NCBI GenBank assembly: GCA_045652765.1
Contig: JAZOLG010000020.1
Coordinates: 69,633 to 133,632, forward strand
DNA: 64,000 bases
Origin: Bacilli bacterium
GTDB taxonomy: Bacteria > Bacillota_I > Bacilli_A > ML615J-28 > CAG-313
Direction: 5' to 3'
Part shown: piece by piece, positions 29,701-37,263 of the stretch
How positions within the stretch are numbered: position 1 is the first letter of the stretch
How the letters are laid out: each line of letters starts with the position of its first letter
Program-made: the position numbers and the translations under genes
The notes under the pieces: generated by a model
What the model saw: the letters and a program-made list of their open reading frames with translations, nothing else
What the model was told of the DNA's origin: nothing
The model's database searches: none

Positions 29701-30249
29701 TTAGACATCTTTGATTATTCTATTCCTTTCTATCAATTAGTATTCTCTGGATACCGTGATTATAGTGGTATGAATATTAATGCTAATGACGAAAAAGGAT
29801 TAAATTATCATATTATGAAAATTCTTGAAACTGGTTCAAATATTGAGTTTACATTCAGTTATGACGATTCAAATGAATTAATTCAAACTGATTATAACTA
29901 TTATTACTATACTCATTATTTAGACTGGGCTAAAGAAGTAAGTTCATTATTAACAGTATTAAATAAATTAGAATTACACAAATATTACTTAGCTTCTCAC
30001 GAATGTGTAGCTGGTAATACTTCAGTATTTAAAGTTACTTATAAAGTTAAAGATGAATGCAAAGCACAAGTTAGTGATCCTGAATTCTCAATCTATTTGA
30101 ATTACTCAGATATGAATGTTAATTTAAGTGATACATTAACATACATTGACATCGAAAATAGTGATGCTCAATATAATCCGTTTAAAAATCAAACAACTGG
30201 TGGTATTTTAGATCCATGGAGTTGTGCAACAGATAAGGAGGTAGCTTAA
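26788..30249 (+). CDS. Large N-terminally anchored extracytoplasmic protein, DUF5696-like (possible TIM-barrel glycosidase)
   Basis: 1153 aa with a single N-terminal TM (ILFALLLFVIIFALVYFFGG). Segment KINVMYLGWQDSGLVNETFNDMKF...DVTLYPNVSF looks like a glycosidase barrel strand pattern. The DUF5696 assignment is from memory and unverified. Confidence 0.4.
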   Translation: MKLRWPKFLTVKRTILFALLLFVIIFALVYFFGGYKASALSSDLMEFNPDGFKHIDQYIKDEEADNQAEFDKLLNELTVANYDEKIDAVIAACTTVTYLNQLNAKLSELQKADDDNDDKYQHNLDSNSLITTEEFAKQTMNEFRPCLEKLDANGTGYKLELNYFTTQFKIIRFEKGEKVNEWYSNPQNTDYTASVGSTLANQKSPLILYYYTPNGATLPYSAFEYSINDNQGSAEAPTYVDQTFSYDIDPTNGTLQVYYELQSKGHKYYDYPKYLTPERVNELIQRNKDYVAAELAAFDTKNMSELQEYFNDHYAVRYIKRPNEIGSKRQGLIGPESYKYFVEKFKYNDSDYKNVNIDNIVSRFKSMVDANKIEDVRNLCKIMFRLEYEYTDSKHEFVKDGNILKTSDASEFLKNQYKLDDTLSDSAHPFPFYEIVDNYDETMGYRSSQFISQTLKKFQYSEEDLKADQELFGVEIVSNKPSFKVGVQYSLTDKGFEAKVINNSLSESLPEKYPIYKIEILPYFSAISADYAPYQYADGKKQIDKINTLESNGYMVIPDGSGGIINLNNGKFAYQKRVYSTDLAFVDEVKKTASEDVLLPMFGLTYDSVDFSSVAPGKEGGFRGSSVIARATQGASQMILTAGVSAASDAYNRICFAATYRESQTVTIGTGYYANPVTQVTPTNVKTDFTVEYSLINEQGLTYSDIAKRYQEMLYGDVLEQNAQDKTNTPVLNAEYLGLYDYKTNFLGIVYNGHDSLTTYSQAIDVTKKLQEWGAEKINVMYLGWQDSGLVNETFNDMKFTKDLGNKKELQSMLNYFKENDVTLYPNVSFLEVNKINESFGKIRYASRDISNEFTEKYPYDLASGVFDKKQRAIYTISPKFFDVFSSNLVENFKKNNPELESMAFEKLGSKIVGDYKKKNEFFRFNSVVEQINVFEKLNANNIKNLTLTAPYEFAVKYANNIVELPYESTLLDIFDYSIPFYQLVFSGYRDYSGMNINANDEKGLNYHIMKILETGSNIEFTFSYDDSNELIQTDYNYYYYTHYLDWAKEVSSLLTVLNKLELHKYYLASHECVAGNTSVFKVTYKVKDECKAQVSDPEFSIYLNYSDMNVNLSDTLTYIDIENSDAQYNPFKNQTTGGILDPWSCATDKEVA

Positions 30250-30250
30250 G

Positions 30251-31495
30251 ATGGAAGAAAAAGATCTACTAGAAGAAGTTCAAACAGCTGAATCTACTGA
30301 AAATGAATCTGTTCATAAATTAATGGATATTAACAAAGATGAAAAAGAAGTAAAAGGATTTGCGAAAATCAAAGAAAAAGTTTCTCGCGGTTTTAGAAAT
30401 TTATTAAATAAAATTTCAAGTTTCTTAAACAGTAATAAATTTGGACGTGGATTAAAGAAAGTGTTCAAATATATTGGTTTATTCTTCTACTACTTAGCTT
30501 ATCCATTCGTATTATTTAAACGTAAATGTTATGATAAATGGACTAGTAAAGGTCAAAAATTATTCGTAGCTATTTTATTCTTAACACCTGTAGTTCTTGG
30601 GTTCTTAATTTTCTATTTGTACCCAATGATAATGTCATTAATTTATTCATTTAGTGGAGTTGTTTCTGACAATGGTGTTCATGTTTCTTTTGGACAATTT
30701 ATTCATCCTGAAACAAAAATTGAAACAAAAGATTTCTTTGGAAATTATAAGTATGCATTTACTGAATTAATGTTCCCTACTCGTGGAGCTGACTTCGGTA
30801 GTGATGAAAAAATCAGTTTTATTCAAGCATTGACTGAAACTGGTTTCCAAACTATTTTAGATGCAATCGTTATTACAATCTTTAGTTTATTAATTGCTGT
30901 TATGTTAAATGGTAACTTTAAAGGAAGAGCAGTTGCTAGAGCAATTTTCTTCTTACCAGTTATCTTAAACTCTGAAGCTATCACAGCTGCAACAGATTCA
31001 ACAGCAGCTATTGACTCTGTACTTAACTCGATTGGTCAAAATGCCCTCAGTCAAATCTTTGACATGAAAGCATTCTTTACTCAAATTGGTATACCTGCTA
31101 AGATTGTTACATTTTTAAGTGATATTACTTCGACTATCTATAGTACAATTTCTTATGCCGGTGTTCAAATCTTAATCTTCTTAGCAGCCATTCAATCTGT
31201 TCCTGGTCATTTATATGAAGCAGCAAAAATTGAAGGTGCTACTAAGTATGAATCATTCTGGAAAATTACTTTACCAATGGTTTCTCCAATGATTTTAACA
31301 GTTGTAGTATATACAATCGTTGACTCATTCTTAAGAAGTGACTTAAGTTACTACTTGAAATCATTATGTCAAAACTACAAGTATGGTCTACATGCGGCTG
31401 TATCTTGGTGTTATATCTTATTATCATTATTGATTTTAGGTATCGCATTATTATTCTTGAAGAAGGTGGTGTTCTATCATGATGAACGAAAATAA
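30251..31495 (+). CDS. CUT1-type sugar ABC transporter permease (second pair) with about 100-aa N-terminal extension
   Basis: EAA loop YEAAKIEGATKYESFWKITLPMVSP. The acidic/basic N-terminal extension has an extra TM. Confidence 0.8.
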   Translation: MEEKDLLEEVQTAESTENESVHKLMDINKDEKEVKGFAKIKEKVSRGFRNLLNKISSFLNSNKFGRGLKKVFKYIGLFFYYLAYPFVLFKRKCYDKWTSKGQKLFVAILFLTPVVLGFLIFYLYPMIMSLIYSFSGVVSDNGVHVSFGQFIHPETKIETKDFFGNYKYAFTELMFPTRGADFGSDEKISFIQALTETGFQTILDAIVITIFSLLIAVMLNGNFKGRAVARAIFFLPVILNSEAITAATDSTAAIDSVLNSIGQNALSQIFDMKAFFTQIGIPAKIVTFLSDITSTIYSTISYAGVQILIFLAAIQSVPGHLYEAAKIEGATKYESFWKITLPMVSPMILTVVVYTIVDSFLRSDLSYYLKSLCQNYKYGLHAAVSWCYILLSLLILGIALLFLKKVVFYHDERK

Positions 31496-32528
31496 AGTAC
31501 CATCAAAAGCAAAGTTAAAATACGAACAAATTCTTAGGGATTTAAGAAATCCGGTTAAGAAAGCCGTAAGAACACAAAAAGTTGCTGATAAACTATCATC
31601 ATTATTCAGAGCAATAATTCTTCTTGGGTTATCATTCGTTATTATTTTCCCAATTTTCCAACAAATTTCATTAGCGTTTAGACACCCTGCGGATATTCAA
31701 AATAAACTTGTTATTTGGATTCCTGAAACATGGTCTGTTTTAAACTTTAAAATTGCTTATAGAATACTTGATTATTTGAACGCATTGTTCAATAATATTC
31801 GTGTATCATTAATCGTTATGATCGGACAAGTTGCATGTTCAGTACTTGCTGGTTATGCACTTGCAAGATTAAAATTTAAAGGAAGTAATGTAATTTTCTT
31901 AGTTTTACTTGCTACATTCATTATTCCACCTCAAGCCGTTTCTGTATCAAGAATGTTATATTTCTCTGACTTTGATATTCTTGGTATTATTGGTTTATTC
32001 AATGGTGGAAAAGGACTTGTTTTATCTGGTTCAAGATTTATTCTATATATTATGGCATTTACTGGACAAGGTATTAACAACGCAATCTTCATTTTCTTAT
32101 TCAGACAATTCTTTAGAGGCGTTCCAGTTGAACTTGAAGAATCTGCAGAAATTGATGGAGCTGGTGTATTTAGAACATTCTGGAGTATCATGCTTCCAAA
32201 TGCTCGTGGTGTAATGGTTACAGTTATGTTATTCTCATTCGTATGGCAATGGAATGATGTATACTATACAAGTTTATTAGAACTTTCTACTAATGATTTC
32301 CCATTACTTACAATGAAACTTTTAAATACAGCTGAAAGACTTCCTAACTTTATGAAGATCTATAAATTAGACCAATTAGTTGACCCGGAAATCCGTGGTA
32401 ACTCGATGTTTATTTCGCTTATTGCAAATACTGCTGGTTTCTTGATGATGCTTCCACTTTTAGTTGGTTATCTATTCGTACAAAAATTATTTGTTGAAGG
32501 TATTGAAAGAACTGGTATTGTAGGTTAA
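31479..32528 (+). CDS. CUT1-type carbohydrate ABC transporter permease (second pair)
   Basis: EAA loop ESAEIDGAGVFRTFWSIMLPNARG. Overlaps the upstream gene by 17 nt. Confidence 0.8.
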   Translation: MMNENKVPSKAKLKYEQILRDLRNPVKKAVRTQKVADKLSSLFRAIILLGLSFVIIFPIFQQISLAFRHPADIQNKLVIWIPETWSVLNFKIAYRILDYLNALFNNIRVSLIVMIGQVACSVLAGYALARLKFKGSNVIFLVLLATFIIPPQAVSVSRMLYFSDFDILGIIGLFNGGKGLVLSGSRFILYIMAFTGQGINNAIFIFLFRQFFRGVPVELEESAEIDGAGVFRTFWSIMLPNARGVMVTVMLFSFVWQWNDVYYTSLLELSTNDFPLLTMKLLNTAERLPNFMKIYKLDQLVDPEIRGNSMFISLIANTAGFLMMLPLLVGYLFVQKLFVEGIERTGIVG

Positions 32529-32557
32529 TCAATGCTAAAATAAATCGAGGATGAATT

Positions 32558-33247
32558 ATGAAAAGCAAAATATTGAATAGTAAAGCATATCAAGTATTTG
32601 ATTACATATGTCGTTTAGTTATTCTGAATTTATTGCTGGTCATAATATCATTCTCGATTTTTCTTATTATGATCAACATATTTCCGAATATGAAAAATAT
32701 TTATCGAATACTTTGTTTAATACCAACAGCACTAAATTTCTTGCCATGTGTTGTGGCTATTGCTGATGTTATTAAAGGATATGAAATAGAAAAAAATACA
32801 GGTATTTTTAAAGAATTTTTTACAGGTTTTAAAAAATATTTTTCTAAAGCATCATTACTAAGTGTGCTTTTAATTGGATGTATATTATTGATTACAAATA
32901 GTGTAACTTTCTTTAGTACAATGCAATCAACAGGTGTTATATACACGATTGGCTTTGGACTATCATTATCATTAATTGTTGTTTTGATAATAGGATTTAT
33001 TCATCTACCACTAGTAATGATTTATTTCGATGATTTGAAGTTGGTTCATTATATTAAACTAAGTTTAATATTCGGATTTAAAGATCTTGGATTAACTTTA
33101 TTATTAACATTATTTGTTATTGGGACTATTGTCCTTTGTTACTTAATGAGTTTTTATTTAGTAGTTTTAGCATTTAGCTTAGCAATATATTTAATAATTA
33201 AATTAACAAAAAATAAATATTTTAAAATTTCTGAAAGGAATAAATAA
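32558..33247 (+). CDS. YesL/DUF624 family membrane protein
   Basis: 229 aa. N-terminus YQVFDYICRLVILNLLLVIISFSIF and six TMs are typical of DUF624 proteins found beside sugar ABC systems. Confidence 0.65.
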   Translation: MKSKILNSKAYQVFDYICRLVILNLLLVIISFSIFLIMINIFPNMKNIYRILCLIPTALNFLPCVVAIADVIKGYEIEKNTGIFKEFFTGFKKYFSKASLLSVLLIGCILLITNSVTFFSTMQSTGVIYTIGFGLSLSLIVVLIIGFIHLPLVMIYFDDLKLVHYIKLSLIFGFKDLGLTLLLTLFVIGTIVLCYLMSFYLVVLAFSLAIYLIIKLTKNKYFKISERNK

Positions 33248-33248
33248 T

Positions 33249-35261
33249 ATGAAAAAGAGTTTATTATGTAAAAGACTAGTTGCGGTTATTATCGGACTAT
33301 TTCTAGTATGTACTCTAACTTTTAAAATTAACTCTGCAAATGTAACTGATAGTGTTGCACTTGTTGGCGATATTAAAACTGAAAGATTATGGGACGGCAT
33401 TGATATGGAAAGAATGCACGTTCAATCAAAACTTCATGGTGTTCCAACAAATGGTAATAGTTATGATTGGGATGCAGTAGCAATTTCTGCTGAAAACAAT
33501 CCAGCTATTAGAATTGTTACTTGGGGTTTAACTGCTGCTGATGGTGTTGGCTATAAAGCCGGAACAACTATGGATATCGCAAAAAATTATGAAAAAGAAA
33601 ATCCTGGATATACTGTTATTGCAGCTATCAACGGAGATTTCTTTGCTAACGCTCCATTTACTACTTCTGCAGGTGTTAGCAATAGTAAAGGAACTTTTGA
33701 ACCAATTAATACATGGGTTGCAGACGGTGGTAAAGTATATAAACCAGTTACAATTGCGCACCCTCATCATAACGTTATTGGTTTATTTGAAGACAGATCA
33801 TATCTATATCACTTAGGTACTTGGTATGATCAATTAGGAAATGTAAGTTTTGCAGATGGTGCATATGCTGGAACATCTGCTCAATATGGACAAAATTTAC
33901 CAACATTTACTGAACAAGCAGTTTTCTCAGTAGGAGATTATCAAACTACTGCATGGTCATATAAACAAAAAGCTTCTCTAAATGAAGAAGCGGTTAATAT
34001 TTTCTGGGAAGGTCAATACCTTAATATTGATGTTACAGGATATACAGTATGGAAAGCAAAAACTGACCGTTTAAGTATTCCAACAGATGGATTCCAAACA
34101 AAATATTTTGTTGAACAATCATTAGCTGGATGGCAATATAATTTAGAATATACTAAATATTATATGGAAGGTCGTTTTACTGAAGTTCAAAACTTAACAT
34201 CTATTAGTGAAGTTGAAGATGGTTGGTGTTATATTGTAACAAAAGATCAAGAAGTAATTAGCAGATTAGGTCGTGCTGTTGAATTTACAGCTCAATATGA
34301 AATGACAGGCGTTTGGGAAAATGTTAATTCAGCAATCGGTACAGTTTTACCTATTATTATTCAAGGTAAGAGAACTGCGTATGTTGGTGTTAACGAACAT
34401 TATTTAAATACTTTCAAACCTAAAACAGTTTTAGCATTTAAAGAAGACGGAACATGTTTATTCTTCTTTATGGGTCCTGGACCACTTGGTGGTTCTAGTG
34501 AAGGTGGACCTTCATCAATTGAACTTGCTGAATTATTAGAAAGACTAGGCGTAGTTGATGCCTTCTGTTTAGATGGCGGCGGATCTTCATCAATTATTTG
34601 TAGAAGAGGTGATGACTTCGTTGAATTAAATACTCCTACAGATGGTCAAACAAGATCTATTGGTAATGCCGTATTAATGGTTGTAGAAAACAGCAATCTT
34701 GAAGTATTAGAAGCACATGCTACAAAAGCTACATTTGGTCAATCAAAACCAATGGTAGAAAGTGAATTAAAAGAAGCTGTTCTTCACTTTAATGGTAAAG
34801 ATTATGTATATAATGGCGAAGAAATTTTAATTGAAGGGTTAAAACCTAATACAACTTATGAATATTATTTTGATTATTCATTTGAAAGAGATGGAAAATT
34901 ATTACATTCAAAAACAAATATTCAAACATTCACAACTGGAAACGATGATCCTATACATGTTCATGAATTTGTAGATGGTGTTTGTGAATGTGGAGAAAAA
35001 GATCCAAACTGGAAAGAACCAGTTCATGAACATGAATTTGTAGATGGTGTTTGCGAATGCGGAGAAAAAGATCCAAACTGGAAAGAACCAGTTCATGAAC
35101 ACGTATTTGTAGATGGCGTTTGTGAATGTGGAGAAAAAGAACAAAATGAAGATGAAAAACCATCAAATGGTGGTGGAGGAATGAACTGTGCTATGGGATT
35201 TGTTTCAGTTCTACCTTTAATTGGTGCAGGAGCCTTATTAATAATTAAAAAACGCAAATAA
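33249..35261 (+). CDS. Surface-exposed phosphodiester glycosidase (NAGPA/DUF2233) family protein with 3 HxHEF..CxCGE repeats and Cys-tail
   Basis: Signal peptide. VIAAINGDFFAN and AFCLDGGGSSSII...TRSIGNAVLMV match the NAGPA-domain hallmarks as I recall them. Tail GGGGMNCAMGFVSVLPLIGAGALLIIKKRK. Confidence 0.7.
   Translation: MKKSLLCKRLVAVIIGLFLVCTLTFKINSANVTDSVALVGDIKTERLWDGIDMERMHVQSKLHGVPTNGNSYDWDAVAISAENNPAIRIVTWGLTAADGVGYKAGTTMDIAKNYEKENPGYTVIAAINGDFFANAPFTTSAGVSNSKGTFEPINTWVADGGKVYKPVTIAHPHHNVIGLFEDRSYLYHLGTWYDQLGNVSFADGAYAGTSAQYGQNLPTFTEQAVFSVGDYQTTAWSYKQKASLNEEAVNIFWEGQYLNIDVTGYTVWKAKTDRLSIPTDGFQTKYFVEQSLAGWQYNLEYTKYYMEGRFTEVQNLTSISEVEDGWCYIVTKDQEVISRLGRAVEFTAQYEMTGVWENVNSAIGTVLPIIIQGKRTAYVGVNEHYLNTFKPKTVLAFKEDGTCLFFFMGPGPLGGSSEGGPSSIELAELLERLGVVDAFCLDGGGSSSIICRRGDDFVELNTPTDGQTRSIGNAVLMVVENSNLEVLEAHATKATFGQSKPMVESELKEAVLHFNGKDYVYNGEEILIEGLKPNTTYEYYFDYSFERDGKLLHSKTNIQTFTTGNDDPIHVHEFVDGVCECGEKDPNWKEPVHEHEFVDGVCECGEKDPNWKEPVHEHVFVDGVCECGEKEQNEDEKPSNGGGGMNCAMGFVSVLPLIGAGALLIIKKRK
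34956..35150 (+). repeat. In-frame tandem repeat, 3 x 69 bp (23 aa, H-x-H-E/V-F-V-D-G-V-C-E-C-G-E-K)
   Basis: Units start at 34956, 35025 and 35094. The first two are nearly identical at the nucleotide level and the third diverges after GEKE. Confidence 0.9.
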
Positions 35262-35276
35262 AAATAAGAGGTCAAC

Positions 35277-37256
35277 ATGAAAATAAAAGTTTTTAAAAAT
35301 TTGTTGATGCTTATTGTAAGCGTGAGCTTAGTTACTGTTTTATCAATAAACGTTAATGCTGCAAAACTAACTGAAAATGTAGAACTTGTTGGCGATATAC
35401 ATTCTCAACAAATATGGGATGGTGTAATGCTTGAGCGTATGCATATTAAAGCAAAAAGAGTTGGATCAACTAGTGCAGATCCAAGTATTTATGACTGGGA
35501 TACAGTAGCAATTAGTGCTGAGAATAATCCTGCTATTCGTATTGTAACTTGGGGTATGGATACCCAATTAAATGGTAAAGATTACAAAGCTGGTACAACT
35601 TTACAAATTGCACAAAACTATGAAGCAACTCATCCAGGATATACAGTTATTGCTGGAGTAAATGGAGACTTTTTTGCCAATCGTGGTTTTACAACGAGCG
35701 GAGGTAAGGTTTATTCATCGGCTACAAATGAACCTCTTAATACATGGATTGCTGATGGAGATGCGTTTAAATCTGTAGTAATGGCTAATCCTGACCATGT
35801 GGTTCTAGGCTTTAGTGAAGACCGTAGTTATCAATATCACATCGGTACAATCTATGGTAAAAATTATGAAATTATCTATAATGATAATATATATGATGGA
35901 ACTGGCGCAGTTAGAGGTGAAAATGTTCCAACATTTACAGATACACCAATTTTTAATATAAATGATACAAAAAAAGAAGCTAACGTTTATTTTCAAACGA
36001 AAGAAGTAAAAGACGATGCAGTTAATATCTTCTGGGAAGGTAACTATGATAATATAGATGTATCTGGTTATACTGTTTGGAAAGGTTATGTTGATAGATT
36101 TAGCATTCCACAAGATGGATTTAATAAAACATTTATTGGTAGACATCCAAGTGATTCTAGTCAACATGCAATGACTTATGGATATGATTATACGCATTAT
36201 TATTTGCGTGGTCGACTATTAGAAGAAGTTGAAATAGATACTATTTCAACTGTGGATGAAAACTATTTTTATGTTGTAACTAAGGATGATGCAGTAACTA
36301 GCCAATTTGTTAAAGCTGCAACAATTAAAGTACAATATGAATTAACAGGTAATTGGGCCGGTGTAACATCTACAATGGGCGTATTATTTCCATTCTTAAT
36401 TAATGGTAAGAGAACAGCTTATGTTTCAGTTAAAGGCGATCAACATAATAATAATTATTTAAATGACAATAAACCTAAACCTGCAATTGGATTCAAAGCA
36501 GATGGTACTTGTGTGTTCTTCTTTATGGGACCAGGACCACTTAGCAAATCTAGTCAAGGTGGACCTTCTTCAATTGAAATGGTTGAAGTAATGGAAAAAA
36601 TGGGAATTGTTGATGCATTCTGCTTAGATGGCGGCGGATCGGCTTCAATTGTTTATCGTAACGATAAAGGGAAACTTGAAGAATTAAATTCACCGACTGA
36701 TGGGCAAACAAGAAGTGTTGCAAATGCAATATTAATGGTAGTTGAAGATAGTAATTTAGAAATGATTGAAACTTTATCAACAAGTGCAACATTTGGACAA
36801 ACAAAACCTATGGTTGATAGTGAATTATTATCTGCTACTTTACATATTGATGGCAAAACATATGAATTAAAGAATGAAAATATAACTGTAACAGGACTAA
36901 AACCTAATACTGAATATGAATACTATTTTGAATATACTTATAAAGATAATCTTCTTGAAAGAACAACAAAAACTAATTTGATGAAGTTTGTAACAAGTTC
37001 CTTAGATGAGCATGAACATGAATTTATTGATGGAAAATGTGAATGTGGAGAACTTGATCCAAATTATGAACCTCCACTTGATGAACACGAACATGAATTT
37101 ATAAATGGTGAATGTTCATGCGGTGAAAAAGAATCTACTACTAATGAACCTGATAAAAACAATAATGGTACATCAGGATGTAATATCGGCAGTTTGGCAA
37201 CTATTCTGCCTATGATTGCAGCATTTAGTTTGATACTAATAAGAAAAAGAAAATAA
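35277..37256 (+). CDS. Surface-exposed phosphodiester glycosidase (NAGPA/DUF2233) family protein, paralog 2, with 2 repeats and Cys-tail
   Basis: Collinear with the upstream paralog (VIAGVNGDFFAN, AFCLDGGGSASIV, TRSVANAILMV). Signal peptide. Tail GTSGCNIGSLATILPMIAAFSLILIRKRK. Confidence 0.7.
   Translation: MKIKVFKNLLMLIVSVSLVTVLSINVNAAKLTENVELVGDIHSQQIWDGVMLERMHIKAKRVGSTSADPSIYDWDTVAISAENNPAIRIVTWGMDTQLNGKDYKAGTTLQIAQNYEATHPGYTVIAGVNGDFFANRGFTTSGGKVYSSATNEPLNTWIADGDAFKSVVMANPDHVVLGFSEDRSYQYHIGTIYGKNYEIIYNDNIYDGTGAVRGENVPTFTDTPIFNINDTKKEANVYFQTKEVKDDAVNIFWEGNYDNIDVSGYTVWKGYVDRFSIPQDGFNKTFIGRHPSDSSQHAMTYGYDYTHYYLRGRLLEEVEIDTISTVDENYFYVVTKDDAVTSQFVKAATIKVQYELTGNWAGVTSTMGVLFPFLINGKRTAYVSVKGDQHNNNYLNDNKPKPAIGFKADGTCVFFFMGPGPLSKSSQGGPSSIEMVEVMEKMGIVDAFCLDGGGSASIVYRNDKGKLEELNSPTDGQTRSVANAILMVVEDSNLEMIETLSTSATFGQTKPMVDSELLSATLHIDGKTYELKNENITVTGLKPNTEYEYYFEYTYKDNLLERTTKTNLMKFVTSSLDEHEHEFIDGKCECGELDPNYEPPLDEHEHEFINGECSCGEKESTTNEPDKNNNGTSGCNIGSLATILPMIAAFSLILIRKRK
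37005..37131 (+). repeat. In-frame tandem repeat, 2 x 75 bp (DEHEHEFIxGxCxCGE)
   Basis: Units start at 37005 and 37080 (DEHEHEFIDGKCECGELDPNYEPPL / DEHEHEFINGECSCGEKE). Confidence 0.85.
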
Positions 37257-37263
37257 CTAGAAA

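Noticed and set aside
34956-35150. Tandem direct repeats considered as a possible CRISPR array or minisatellite.
   Set aside because: The units are contiguous without spacers, in frame (69 bp = 23 codons) and lie inside a long ORF. This is a coding repeat, not a CRISPR array.
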